The notes: generated from the sequence alone by a model not told the origin. 64,000 nucleotides of DNA from Candidatus Omnitrophota bacterium (GCA_029261065.1 JAJDCB010000024.1:12129-76128), one strand, 5' to 3'. Shown: positions 10,122-19,971, counted from the first letter of the stretch. Numbers and translations are program-made.

Positions 10122-12058
10122 AGAGCACCTCGATTCTCAATGGTATTGAGCATCTTCTGGATGTCATGCAATTTTTGTTGTTGTCCTTGCATAAATTCTT
10201 GCTGTTTGTCTAACTCGTGTTTTTGATGTTGCATGACCTTTGTTAACAGAGCAACAATATCCATGGCACTTAAACCTTTATGATCTTTTTGAGAGAGTAA
10301 GTCGGGTACATCTTCAGCAATAAACCCTGCCCTCTTGTTGTTATCCTTTGTTTTATAATTAAAGGTGACAGGGGCAAGGTGTTTAAAGGCGGTTAGGGCC
10401 TCTGTCAGATCAAGGTCCTCAATATTTGTCTTAGATTCGCGGCTAGAAACGTCTTTCCACTCTCCTGCACTTGTGACATGTGCGCCGCCAGCAAATGAGA
10501 GCGGGTGGTTATTAGGTCTTTGTCCAATAGCAACGGATTCAAAAGTTAGAGTTGGGTCAAAGCTTATTATGGTATTAGTCATATCATCTGGATTTAACTC
10601 ATTACCAGGATCTAGATTTTTATATGCTATAGAGAACAAATTATTTTGGTACGGCGGCGTGAAGGATAAAGTGGTATCATACCAATAATTCATACTCCAG
10701 TGTTGACTCCAGTCGTTTACATCTTTTCCGGAGGAAAGGAAGATATGGTTTGTCCAGGACGTAGAGCGGTGACTGATCATGTGTAAAGCTACGTTGTCAT
10801 TGTTTTCAATTAATATGCCATCGTGGATTGTTAAGTCACTTCTTCGGGGACTCCTGCCTACATCCAATTTTTTCCTTGGAAGGTTATGGTTCCGATTATT
10901 CGTTAATCCATCTGCGGTCAAACGCATCAAAATATTAGAGGGTGAATGGTCCTTAAGACGAAATGTCAGGTCATCCTCATTTGCCCCAGTAATTAAAAAA
11001 GCGTCATCGCCACTACTTCCAAATAGGTTTATTGTAAAACTTCTATCTATTAATTTCAATGAAGCTAATCCCCCAACGCTGAGTTGAGATCTAAAGATTC
11101 CGTTTCCTAATAGCGTCTGGCCATTTTCATTTATTGTGAGGCGTTCAGCCAGTGGTCCACCGGCATCTCCCCCATAAATAGAAAATCCATGCGGGATTGG
11201 ACTTGAATCTCCATAAGCCCGAAGTTCCCAGTGCGCGAAATTGCTGTCTGACAATTCCATGAGAGTCACAGCTGTTGTTTCATCGTTTCCACTAACCGTT
11301 AATTCGTCTGTAAGAGACCCCAAATAAGGCCCAAATCCAGCCTCACCATTAGGTTGTATCTTAAAACGGATATTACTATCATCATAAGCTGGGACAGCTG
11401 GATTTGAAAGAGCGCTGTAACCAATATAAAAATCTCCTCCACTCGCGGTGGGTAAGCGACCTGTTTCCCATCTGTTAGTATAATCACCTGTTATGGGTGC
11501 TACTTCGGAAAATTTTATGGCTGAGTGTGTTCCGCTTGAACTAGACATGATATTAAAACCGACGTCTTCATTAATAACTGTTGCTTCTCCGGTAAGAAAA
11601 TCAAATCCTCCAATGAGGCCGCTTGTCCAATCGACATTAACGTTTCCATGAATTTGAAGTTTTGTGTTTGGTGTTATTGTTCCTATGCCAATATTAAGGT
11701 TGGGTACTGGGTTTGAAAGAAAATCTGAAGGAAACACAATAGGGTCTCCTGCGCCGTCATCCGTTTGCGTCCACACCCCGGGAATTAGAGACCACGTTCC
11801 AGCAATACAATATTGGATCAGATCTGAATCATCGACAGAAAAATCTCCTGTAGCGCAGGATGGCGGGCTTCCTCCCCAGTAATTTGGGTTGAGTTTTAGT
11901 TGGTCATAGGCGCCAATAGGAGCAGGTAGATATGTTGTGAGAGTCACGGTCTCAGCCCACAGCTGTCCTCCACCCATTCCAAAAATAATTAAGATGGGCA
12001 AAAATAGATGTTTTATTCGCTTTAAGTTATCGCCAAAGGCGATTTTTTTGTTGTACAT
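10118..12058 (-). CDS. Secreted fibre-like protein with C-terminal Peptidase_S74 chaperone (paralog 2)
   Basis: Signal peptide then ETVTLTTYLPAPIGAYDQL; NIGIGTITPNTKLQI; SSRESKTNIEDL..APVTFNYK..GFIAEDVPDLL and coiled coil; ATGA overlap with the next gene. Confidence 0.85.
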   Translation of the reverse strand: MYNKKIAFGDNLKRIKHLFLPILIIFGMGGGQLWAETVTLTTYLPAPIGAYDQLKLNPNYWGGSPPSCATGDFSVDDSDLIQYCIAGTWSLIPGVWTQTDDGAGDPIVFPSDFLSNPVPNLNIGIGTITPNTKLQIHGNVNVDWTSGLIGGFDFLTGEATVINEDVGFNIMSSSSGTHSAIKFSEVAPITGDYTNRWETGRLPTASGGDFYIGYSALSNPAVPAYDDSNIRFKIQPNGEAGFGPYLGSLTDELTVSGNDETTAVTLMELSDSNFAHWELRAYGDSSPIPHGFSIYGGDAGGPLAERLTINENGQTLLGNGIFRSQLSVGGLASLKLIDRSFTINLFGSSGDDAFLITGANEDDLTFRLKDHSPSNILMRLTADGLTNNRNHNLPRKKLDVGRSPRRSDLTIHDGILIENNDNVALHMISHRSTSWTNHIFLSSGKDVNDWSQHWSMNYWYDTTLSFTPPYQNNLFSIAYKNLDPGNELNPDDMTNTIISFDPTLTFESVAIGQRPNNHPLSFAGGAHVTSAGEWKDVSSRESKTNIEDLDLTEALTAFKHLAPVTFNYKTKDNNKRAGFIAEDVPDLLSQKDHKGLSAMDIVALLTKVMQHQKHELDKQQEFMQGQQQKLHDIQKMLNTIENRGAL

Positions 12059-12061
12059 GGG

Positions 12062-14017
12062 CTATAACCCTTCATTCCATTTTTTTAGATCATTTAAGAG
12101 TCTATCGATATCTTCTGCTTGTTTTTCAAGCGCATTATTTTGTTGTCCTATTGTATGTTCGTGTTGCTGCATGACCTTGGTTAAGACGGCTGTGATGTCC
12201 ATCGGCGTTAATGTTTTTCGGTCTTCGGAGGCTACCAATTCAGGGACATCTTCAGCAATAAAACCAATTCGAGGATCATCGGGATCCACCTTGTAATAAA
12301 ATTGGACTGGTTCAATGTCTTTAATAACCGCGAACGCTTCTTGTTCTGATAAAGGATAAATATTATTTTTGGATTCACGAGAAGAGACATTTACAAATGT
12401 TGTTCCGGTACAATGGGCTCCTGGCAAAGCTGGATTGCTTGGATTTTTTAACTCTAGAAGGTGTGCTGGGTTTCTCCTACCAATACCGACATTACCGTTT
12501 GCTTGGAGGACTAGATATTCGGGATCTGCTGTCGTAACATCAAAAGCGCCATTTGCTCTTTTATAGTGAATAGCAAAATCATGATTTCGGTCTGGACCAA
12601 AATGACTGATAATCCAATGTTTACTGTCCTGAGCGGGTGAATTAGGGGTTGAGGAAAGGACGATATGAGACATTGTCGTATCGGCATTCTCTCCAATAAT
12701 TTGTAACATCGAATCATGCGATTGAAAAATAAAGCCGTCAGCATTAGAATAATTGACATCTGTATGCAGGCCAAACTCTGTCTGGATGTGAAGATATGTT
12801 TCTGGGACTTGCAATCCCATACCAATATTCCCATCATCTCTTAAAATAAATGCCGGGGGCCAGGAAAAACTGAAATGACTAATTGGGGCTTCTTCGATCG
12901 CTAATAAACCATCTAGTTTACGGATGTTATAATCTTTGAATCCAGGGTCTTGATCGATAAAAGCAATGCCGACATCACCAAAAACTTCATTTTGGAGTAA
13001 TATGGACCCGTCTCCTCCTAATTCGAGTTGGCTTGAAGGGTTTTCCGTATTCAATCCAATTTTTCCATCAGGGAGAATAGTCATGCGCGTTTTACACGTC
13101 GCACCTGCATCCAAACATGTTCCATCAGGTGACTCTCCACCGTAAATATGAAACTTATTATCATCTTGAGACTGGAATTCAAAAACCGTTTTTCCATCGG
13201 CTGTTGTTTCTTCTTCTAGCCTTATGGCGACTGATGTGTCATCACTTTGAATATGGAGTTCAGAAAGGGGTCTACTAGGATCTCCGGCATTTTGGTCAAA
13301 TGCGCCTAGGGCCGTTTTGCCATCAGGTTCTATCATAAGAATGCGATTCTTGATTTCCCAAAATTCAGAATTAACAGTATCTGAGTAAGCAATCGAAAAT
13401 GTTCCAAAATCACTGGTGGTTCCATTGCGATTGATTGACCAAGTATTTTGATATAGCCCAGAAATATCAGTAGTTTCTGTCAGAAGAATAGATGACGCTA
13501 GTCCGGGAGCATCTTCAGCCACCATAACAAGAGAGGCATTGGGTGCGGCAAGGACAAGTTGACCCCCAAAAGAATAGTTGACATTAGCTGTGGTGTCAAA
13601 GTTTAAGCCATCTACAAGGTGTAAAGAAACGGAATCATCCAGATCAGGCACGTTTTCGATATTGATGCCAACGTGGACGTCTGGAAAAAGAGCGGTATCT
13701 GAAAGAAAAATATCATCTCCATTTTGCGACCATACACTTGGAAAGTTACTCCACGTTTGTGAGAGGTCACAATATTGGGGAACGTTTAAGGCATTGACAT
13801 ACACTGTTCCTGTTTGACAAGGTACAGCCAAATCATTTTGAGGTAACAAATTGAACGTGTTGAAGGTGCCGTAAGGGGTGGGAAAATAGGAATTAAGTTT
13901 AAATTCCTCAGCAAAGGCCAAATGGGATAGATTACAAACAATGAGCAGCAGGCTCAAGCAGATAGGAGAACGCTTAAGTATCTTACCTAATAGCTTTGGT
14001 TTCATGGCTTTATGCAC
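12062..14017 (-). CDS. Secreted fibre-like protein with C-terminal Peptidase_S74 chaperone (paralog 1; start may be 14005)
   Basis: Signal peptide ending AFA; GKIGLNTENP, GNIGMG, GNVGIG repeats; SSRESKNNIYPL..IEPVQFYYK..IGFIAEDVPEL and coiled coil. Confidence 0.85.
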   Translation of the reverse strand: MHKAMKPKLLGKILKRSPICLSLLLIVCNLSHLAFAEEFKLNSYFPTPYGTFNTFNLLPQNDLAVPCQTGTVYVNALNVPQYCDLSQTWSNFPSVWSQNGDDIFLSDTALFPDVHVGINIENVPDLDDSVSLHLVDGLNFDTTANVNYSFGGQLVLAAPNASLVMVAEDAPGLASSILLTETTDISGLYQNTWSINRNGTTSDFGTFSIAYSDTVNSEFWEIKNRILMIEPDGKTALGAFDQNAGDPSRPLSELHIQSDDTSVAIRLEEETTADGKTVFEFQSQDDNKFHIYGGESPDGTCLDAGATCKTRMTILPDGKIGLNTENPSSQLELGGDGSILLQNEVFGDVGIAFIDQDPGFKDYNIRKLDGLLAIEEAPISHFSFSWPPAFILRDDGNIGMGLQVPETYLHIQTEFGLHTDVNYSNADGFIFQSHDSMLQIIGENADTTMSHIVLSSTPNSPAQDSKHWIISHFGPDRNHDFAIHYKRANGAFDVTTADPEYLVLQANGNVGIGRRNPAHLLELKNPSNPALPGAHCTGTTFVNVSSRESKNNIYPLSEQEAFAVIKDIEPVQFYYKVDPDDPRIGFIAEDVPELVASEDRKTLTPMDITAVLTKVMQQHEHTIGQQNNALEKQAEDIDRLLNDLKKWNEGL

Positions 14018-14141
14018 ACACCCTTTTTATGATTTGTGTAATAAATCCTCTTACTTCTCTAAAGTATAACATATTGAACCTGCTTTAACATAGAGAAACA
14101 AGATAAATTAAGTTGTAACAGATTACGGCACAGAGGGTTGA

Positions 14142-15800
14142 TTAGGGGGTTTTTATTTCAAATATCGTAGAGGTCTTTTTTTCAAAAGATTTTGGGTAGT
14201 TTTTAGTCAAGGCCTTAATATCTGTTATCAAAACGTGATCTAAATTAAAGAGATGGGCTGTTGAGTCAAATTGAAGATTATGAGGAGTTATAAAGTATTG
14301 CTCAAAAACGTCTTTATATTCTGATATGGGAAGATTGCGAAAAATGCCGCCGCCATTGTTGTTTACAACAATAATTGTCATCGGGTTTTTTAGGTCTTTA
14401 AGCATGGCTAATGAATTGAGATCATAGAGAAAAGCCAAATCACCAATAAGAAGTGTCACGCGTTTATTTAATCCTTGTGAAAATCCACAGGCACTTGCAA
14501 TCGTGCCATCTATTCCACTTGCCCCACGATTGGAACCGATCATGGTCTCTTCTCCCTTATGGTCTGCAAACATATCCATCTCGCGAATAGGCAAACTGCT
14601 TGAAAGAAAGAGGCCTGTGTCTTTGGGAATCAATTGGGAGATGAGCCTTGGGATTGAAGGTTTAAATGAGATGGATTGTGATAATTTCTGAAGGTTTGAC
14701 AGTAACGTTGGTTTCTTTTTCTTCTTTAATTTGGTACAAATGCTATCACAAAGTTTACCCACAGGCGCTTGAAGTCGCATGGTGACATTATGTAAGGGAT
14801 CATTTCGTAAAGGATGATTGAGGACCATAATGTATTGTTTTGGCGATTTCTGTTCAACAAATTGATACCAGCGTTTAGATGTGATGCGGCCTCCTAAATG
14901 AAGAACACCGTCACAGGTTATTTGTTTTTTGGCAGAAGTCGATAAAAGGATTTGATCAAAATAAGGAATGATGTTTTTATGATCAATACCCACCCTCAAT
15001 CCTGAAGTGATATCTGGAAAAATGGGCCAACCAAGTTTTTCTGATAGTTTAAGAACGCTTAAACGATCTTTTTTTGCAATTTTTCCAACAACGATGATTC
15101 CCCTTTTTATAGCATTAATTTGAGATGTTACATTTAAGAGATCATCATTTGATAGTGTAGGGTTAGCCGTCGTGTAGTGTGTGTAAACTTTTTTTGACTT
15201 TTGCCAAGTTTGTATATGTTTAAGATACCGTGTAAAGTTCTCTTTTGATGGCGACGGTTCTAGCGGTTCACGAAACATACAATTTAAATGCACAGGTCCC
15301 TTCAATTCTCCCATAGAACGATGAATGGCCTGATCAACAGTCGTTAATATAAATTCAGCTGGGATATCTTGCGTGGGTGTTGGCATGTCAAAGCTCCAAC
15401 GCACATAATCACCAAAGATTTTAACTTGATCGATGGTTTGGTTCGCGCCGGTAAATCGTAATTCTGGCGGACGATCAGCTGTCAAAATGATGAGCGGAAT
15501 TTTTTTCTTTGAGGCCTCAATGATGGCTGGAAATAAATTGCCTAAAGCGCTGCCTGAGGTTGTAATAACGATACTTGGTTTCCCAGTTGCTGAGCTATAT
15601 CCAAGAGCATGAAAGCCCTCTCCTCGTTCGTCAAAATGCACAAAGGTTTTCATCTTTGGATTAAGTGCCGCTGCCACCGTTAAAGGCGCGCTGCGGGAAC
15701 CAGGTGAGATACAACAGTAATCTAAGCCATTACGCACAAACTCCTCAATCAAAAGATTCGACCAGAGATAATTAATGTTGGGAGATTTTGATATAGACAT
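14142..15800 (-). CDS. menD: SEPHCHC synthase
   Basis: SPGSRSAPL, FDER, ADRPPEL, NRGASGIDG, GDLAFLYDLNSL, NNNGGGIF. Confidence 0.96.
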   Translation of the reverse strand: MSISKSPNINYLWSNLLIEEFVRNGLDYCCISPGSRSAPLTVAAALNPKMKTFVHFDERGEGFHALGYSSATGKPSIVITTSGSALGNLFPAIIEASKKKIPLIILTADRPPELRFTGANQTIDQVKIFGDYVRWSFDMPTPTQDIPAEFILTTVDQAIHRSMGELKGPVHLNCMFREPLEPSPSKENFTRYLKHIQTWQKSKKVYTHYTTANPTLSNDDLLNVTSQINAIKRGIIVVGKIAKKDRLSVLKLSEKLGWPIFPDITSGLRVGIDHKNIIPYFDQILLSTSAKKQITCDGVLHLGGRITSKRWYQFVEQKSPKQYIMVLNHPLRNDPLHNVTMRLQAPVGKLCDSICTKLKKKKKPTLLSNLQKLSQSISFKPSIPRLISQLIPKDTGLFLSSSLPIREMDMFADHKGEETMIGSNRGASGIDGTIASACGFSQGLNKRVTLLIGDLAFLYDLNSLAMLKDLKNPMTIIVVNNNGGGIFRNLPISEYKDVFEQYFITPHNLQFDSTAHLFNLDHVLITDIKALTKNYPKSFEKKTSTIFEIKTP

Positions 15801-15808
15801 AAATAGGA

Positions 15809-17194
15809 TTATTCAAATATTTTCATAAATCGACTAATTTTATTTTCAATTTCTTCCCACTCCTCTTCCAACTTTGATCCTTCCACAATGCCAGCTCCAG
15901 AATAAAGGGAAAGATGATTGTTTTGCACAAGGCCTGAGCGAATGGCTACAGCAAATTCGCTTGTGTTATATCCTACATAGCCCATGGGTGCTGCATACCA
16001 TCCGCGATCAAAGGGTTCTAATTTGTCAATGGTATCAATGGCCTCTTTAAGAGGTGTTCCGGCAACAGCGGGTGTGGGATGTAAATGTTTTAAGATTGCA
16101 TCATCATGTTTGTCAGTTAGGAGTTTTGCTTCAAAGCGTGTGATAAGATGTTGAGTGCCTTTAAGGGTTAGAACCTGACAGTCTGGATTGTCATTTAAAA
16201 TCTCAGCCAGTTTAGCAAGAGAATCTTTGATTGAGGAAACAACATACTGGTGTTCTAACATATTTTTGGATGATGTTAAAAGCTCTTGAGCAAAACGTGA
16301 ATCTTCTTCTTCATTGGCTCCCCTTCTAATCGTTCCTGCAATAGCCTCCGTCCACAGATGATTGTCATGACGTTTAAATAAGCGTTCGGGACTAGCACCA
16401 ATAAAAGCTAGATGTTCTTCTAATTGGAAACAAAAATGAAAACAGTTGGGGGTTTTTTCTTTGAGATGTTTTATCAGAGCGCTTGGACGGATATTGACAT
16501 CAAATTCGAAATTGCTTTCGCGGGCTAAAACAATTTTTTCGATATTTGAAGGTTTGTCCATAAAAGTATTAAAGATTTGGCTCCACTGCTCTTTATTCGG
16601 TTTATCTTCTCGGCTTACGATTGTCGGTGTTTTTCGAAAAGTCGTTTGATTAGAAAAGTCAATCGCATCACATTTTTTTAGCAATGAGGCTATGTTCTCA
16701 TCCGTAATATCTTTGAGGGCAATATTAAAGGCAAAAACAGTTTCCTTTTCATTTTTATAGTGACACACCTCAAATTGTGGAATGATAAAATGATACTTGC
16801 CAAACTTATACCATTGATCAGACTTTGCATCAGGATTAAAACGAAATCCTCCAAAGTATTTTACATGAGGATTATTCACAGACAGTTGATTGTTCATGTC
16901 TTTTAGAATGTCTTCTAATGACTTATTTTGATCATCGGTAATCTCATCAGCAATATGAATACCTGCGGTTTCAAAATCTCCACGACGATCAGACCAATAA
17001 ATTTTATTCGGGATATGTTGATTGTGCAGCCAGGTTAAACAGTTAATATCTTGGCATACAAATTCATAACGTAGAATTTCTTGAGGTGTTCCTATAAAAC
17101 TGACGGCTTGAGGTAAATTTTTTATGTGAGCGTAAAGTTTTTGTTGGAGTTCTGAAAGGGACAGTAAGGTGTTTGAGCGGAAAAGAGTAATCAT
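15809..17194 (-). CDS. menF: Isochorismate synthase
   Basis: KIVLAR, GASPERL, EAIAGT, LHPTPAVAG, RGWYAAP, GAGIV. Confidence 0.92.
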   Translation of the reverse strand: MITLFRSNTLLSLSELQQKLYAHIKNLPQAVSFIGTPQEILRYEFVCQDINCLTWLHNQHIPNKIYWSDRRGDFETAGIHIADEITDDQNKSLEDILKDMNNQLSVNNPHVKYFGGFRFNPDAKSDQWYKFGKYHFIIPQFEVCHYKNEKETVFAFNIALKDITDENIASLLKKCDAIDFSNQTTFRKTPTIVSREDKPNKEQWSQIFNTFMDKPSNIEKIVLARESNFEFDVNIRPSALIKHLKEKTPNCFHFCFQLEEHLAFIGASPERLFKRHDNHLWTEAIAGTIRRGANEEEDSRFAQELLTSSKNMLEHQYVVSSIKDSLAKLAEILNDNPDCQVLTLKGTQHLITRFEAKLLTDKHDDAILKHLHPTPAVAGTPLKEAIDTIDKLEPFDRGWYAAPMGYVGYNTSEFAVAIRSGLVQNNHLSLYSGAGIVEGSKLEEEWEEIENKISRFMKIFE

Positions 17195-17206
17195 AACAGA
17201 GAGCCG

Positions 17207-17932
17207 TTATTTATCCCCTTGATAAATCGTTGCCACACCAAAGAGCAGTTCATTGGCTTTGACATTTTTAAAGCCTTTATCTCTCATGAGCTGACAAAAT
17301 TGATCACCAAAAGGAAAAGATTCAATGGTTTGATTCAGGTATTTGTAGGCCTTGTAATGCCGGGAGATGATCCACCCAACAATTGGAACAATCGTGCGTA
17401 GGTAAAAGATGTGAAGAATGCGCATAATGATATTTTTAGGTAATGAAAATTCTAAGATGAGCGCTCGGCCCCCTTTATTGAGTACCCGATACATCTCTGC
17501 CATCACCTGAGTTGGGTCCTCAACATTGCGGATACCGAAAGAAATCGTCACGTTATGAAAGGTATTTTCATCAAAAGGAATGTTGTTGGCATCACCGTGT
17601 TGAAGGGTGATTTTGTTATCCAGATTTTTGGTCTTGATTTTTTCTCGACCAATTTCCAGCATTTTCTCAGCCATATCAATACCAATAGCTGATTCGATAT
17701 AAGGATGTTGCTCAAATAAACTTAATAAAACATCTCCCGTACCTGTCGCCAAATCAAGTAATTTTGGATTCTCGCCTAAAACCAAAAAACGACCTAATTT
17801 TTTGCGCCACACAATGTCCAATCCAAAGGACAATAAATGGTTTAAAAGGTCGTATTTCGGCGAGATGGCATTAAACATCTGCCAAGATTCAGATTTTTCC
17901 AGCGCTAATTTTTGATTTGGAGATTTTGTCAT
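17207..17932 (-). CDS. menG: Demethylmenaquinone methyltransferase (MenG/UbiE)
   Basis: YDLLNHLLSFG, LDLATGTGD, FGIRNV, ILEFS; first gene of the men cluster. Confidence 0.92.
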   Translation of the reverse strand: MTKSPNQKLALEKSESWQMFNAISPKYDLLNHLLSFGLDIVWRKKLGRFLVLGENPKLLDLATGTGDVLLSLFEQHPYIESAIGIDMAEKMLEIGREKIKTKNLDNKITLQHGDANNIPFDENTFHNVTISFGIRNVEDPTQVMAEMYRVLNKGGRALILEFSLPKNIIMRILHIFYLRTIVPIVGWIISRHYKAYKYLNQTIESFPFGDQFCQLMRDKGFKNVKANELLFGVATIYQGDK

Positions 17933-18059
17933 AATTTGATGAGTTGTATTTTAAGAAATTAAGAGTCATCGTAACATAATTATTTCACAAATTCAAACGA
18001 TACTCGTCTGTTTCTAAACAGCAGAATTTAGGGGAGTTATGGCGTATTGGGTGGGAGAA

Positions 18060-18989
18060 TTAAGATAAAAACTGTTCGGCTTCAAGGGCGGCCATGCAGC
18101 CTGTTCCAGCGGCTGTAATTGCCTGGCGATAAACTTTATCTTGAACATCACCACAAGCAAAAACACCTGGGATATTTGTTTTTGTTGTTCCATTTTGAGT
18201 GATGACGTAACCGGTATCATCGCATTCAATTTGATTCTCTAGAAAAGAGGTATTGGGGATGTGACCAATGGCATAAAACAAGCCATTAGCATCAACGATG
18301 GATTCTTCTTGCGTTTTATTATTGATGAGGCGCACCTGCGCTAAAGCCTTGTCTCCAATAGCCTCAAGTATTTCTGTATTCCATTTGACTTCTATTTTTT
18401 CATTAGAAAGCAATCGATCTTGCATGACCTTTGATGCGCGTAGAGCATCGCGTCTAACGCAGACAATAACTTTGGATGCGTATTTCGTTAAATAGCCCCC
18501 CTCTTCAACAGCAGAATCCCCGCCTCCAATAACGACAAGAACTTTATCGCGAAATATCGGTAGCGCCCCATCACAGACGGCACAGGCAGAAATTCCTCTT
18601 TGCCATAACGTATCCTCACCTTTAATGTGAAGACGTTTAGCTGTTGCTCCTGTCGCTAAAATGATAGATTTGGACTCAATTGTTTCTGATCCAACAAAGA
18701 CTTTAAATGGGGATGAGCTTAGATCTACTTTATCGACAGTGGCGGTTTTGATGCGAGATCCACAGTTTAGGGATTGTTGGCGCATGTTATCCATAAGTTC
18801 CGGACCTGAGACACCATTAGGAAATCCTGGATAATTTTCGACTTCAGTCGTCGTCGTTAATTGTCCACCTGCAGCAACCCCTGCGGCCATCATCCCTTCA
18901 TACATCAAAGGTTCTAATTTGGCGCGTGCGGTGTAAATAGCAGCGGTATGAGCAGCTGGACCTGATCCAATAATTATGACGTTTTCCAT
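18060..18989 (-). CDS. trxB: Thioredoxin-disulfide reductase
   Basis: GSGPA, CAVCDG, GGGDSAVEE, RQAITAAGTGC. Confidence 0.97.
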   Translation of the reverse strand: MENVIIIGSGPAAHTAAIYTARAKLEPLMYEGMMAAGVAAGGQLTTTTEVENYPGFPNGVSGPELMDNMRQQSLNCGSRIKTATVDKVDLSSSPFKVFVGSETIESKSIILATGATAKRLHIKGEDTLWQRGISACAVCDGALPIFRDKVLVVIGGGDSAVEEGGYLTKYASKVIVCVRRDALRASKVMQDRLLSNEKIEVKWNTEILEAIGDKALAQVRLINNKTQEESIVDANGLFYAIGHIPNTSFLENQIECDDTGYVITQNGTTKTNIPGVFACGDVQDKVYRQAITAAGTGCMAALEAEQFLS

Positions 18990-18997
18990 AAGCGAAG

Positions 18998-19025
18998 ATT
19001 ATAGCAGTTAAATTTATAGGGTCAA
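18998..19025 (-). promoter_or_regulatory. Promoter directly in front of the trxB start (leaderless-type)
   Basis: TTGACC-16 bp-(TGc)TATAAT, 8 nt before ATG, no SD. Confidence 0.65.
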
Positions 19026-19068
19026 TTTAAAAATGCTACAGACTTTAAGCAGATTTAAGGAAGGATTG

Positions 19069-19971
19069 TTAAATTTTAAAGGTTTTAAACAAATCAGCTA
19101 TAGGTTGACTAGGAGTCTCTTTGGTTTGGTTGATTAAAATCTGATCGTAGCGTGGTTTATTGGGATCTACATAAAATAGGCCGAAATAAGGACGCTCGCT
19201 GCTTGCAAATTTAAAGGCCTCTTCTTTGTTCGTTGGATCATGCTTAACAACTTCCGTTTTGCCAACCAATCTTTTATCAGGAGCAATGCCTTTGTCATCT
19301 TCAAGAAAAGAAAACCAGCTTGATGTTTTATGATCGAAATTGTTTGGATCAAAATGAGGACAGCGCTGTGAGACGTGGACGAAAGAAAATCCTTTATGCG
19401 CGAAGGCTGCTTTTAACGTATTTGTTAAATGATCTGGCATCCAATCCGCTGTACTTGCGACAAAAGATCCGCCAATCCCTAAAACTAAACTAACAGCATG
19501 AATCGGATCTAAATAAGAACCGGCTGGTTGTGTATTTGTTTTGTGACCTTTTCGAGTTGTCGGAGATGTTTGACTTTTGGTTAAGGCATAAAGTTCGTTG
19601 TCATACATAATAAATACACAATTGAAATTTTTGTTAACGCCATGAATAAGATGACATCCCCCAATACTCATCGCATCGCCATCACCGGAGTGAATAAAAA
19701 GATTAAGTTCTGGGCGTGCTAAGGCTAATCCCATAGCAACGGGAATCGCTCGTCCATGAATAGAATGAACCCCGTAAGTATCAATGTAAAAAGAAGCACG
19801 TCCTGAACAACCTATGCCTGAGACATTCACCGTTTCATGCGCTGTTAATTGAGCATCAACCATAAAACGTTTAACAGCCATAATAATACTAAAGTCACCG
19901 CAACCCGCACACCATCTTGGGCTTTCTGTGTTGAGATCTTTTACTGTCAAAGGTTCTGTTTGAGCGGACAT
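19069..19971 (-). CDS. 2-oxoacid:ferredoxin oxidoreductase beta subunit
   Basis: WCAGCGD, SGIGCSGR, HGRA, GDGDA TPP-binding motif, QTSPTT. Confidence 0.92.
   Translation of the reverse strand: MSAQTEPLTVKDLNTESPRWCAGCGDFSIIMAVKRFMVDAQLTAHETVNVSGIGCSGRASFYIDTYGVHSIHGRAIPVAMGLALARPELNLFIHSGDGDAMSIGGCHLIHGVNKNFNCVFIMYDNELYALTKSQTSPTTRKGHKTNTQPAGSYLDPIHAVSLVLGIGGSFVASTADWMPDHLTNTLKAAFAHKGFSFVHVSQRCPHFDPNNFDHKTSSWFSFLEDDKGIAPDKRLVGKTEVVKHDPTNKEEAFKFASSERPYFGLFYVDPNKPRYDQILINQTKETPSQPIADLFKTFKI

Noticed and set aside
8196-14017. Prophage or tailocin remnant
   Set aside because: The proteins have Sec-type signal peptides and intact frames, and no other phage, integrase or att features are nearby.
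8196-14017. DGR or shufflon-type diversification of the fibres
   Set aside because: No reverse transcriptase or recombinase, and I saw no near-identical nucleotide repeats; the paralogs are anciently diverged.
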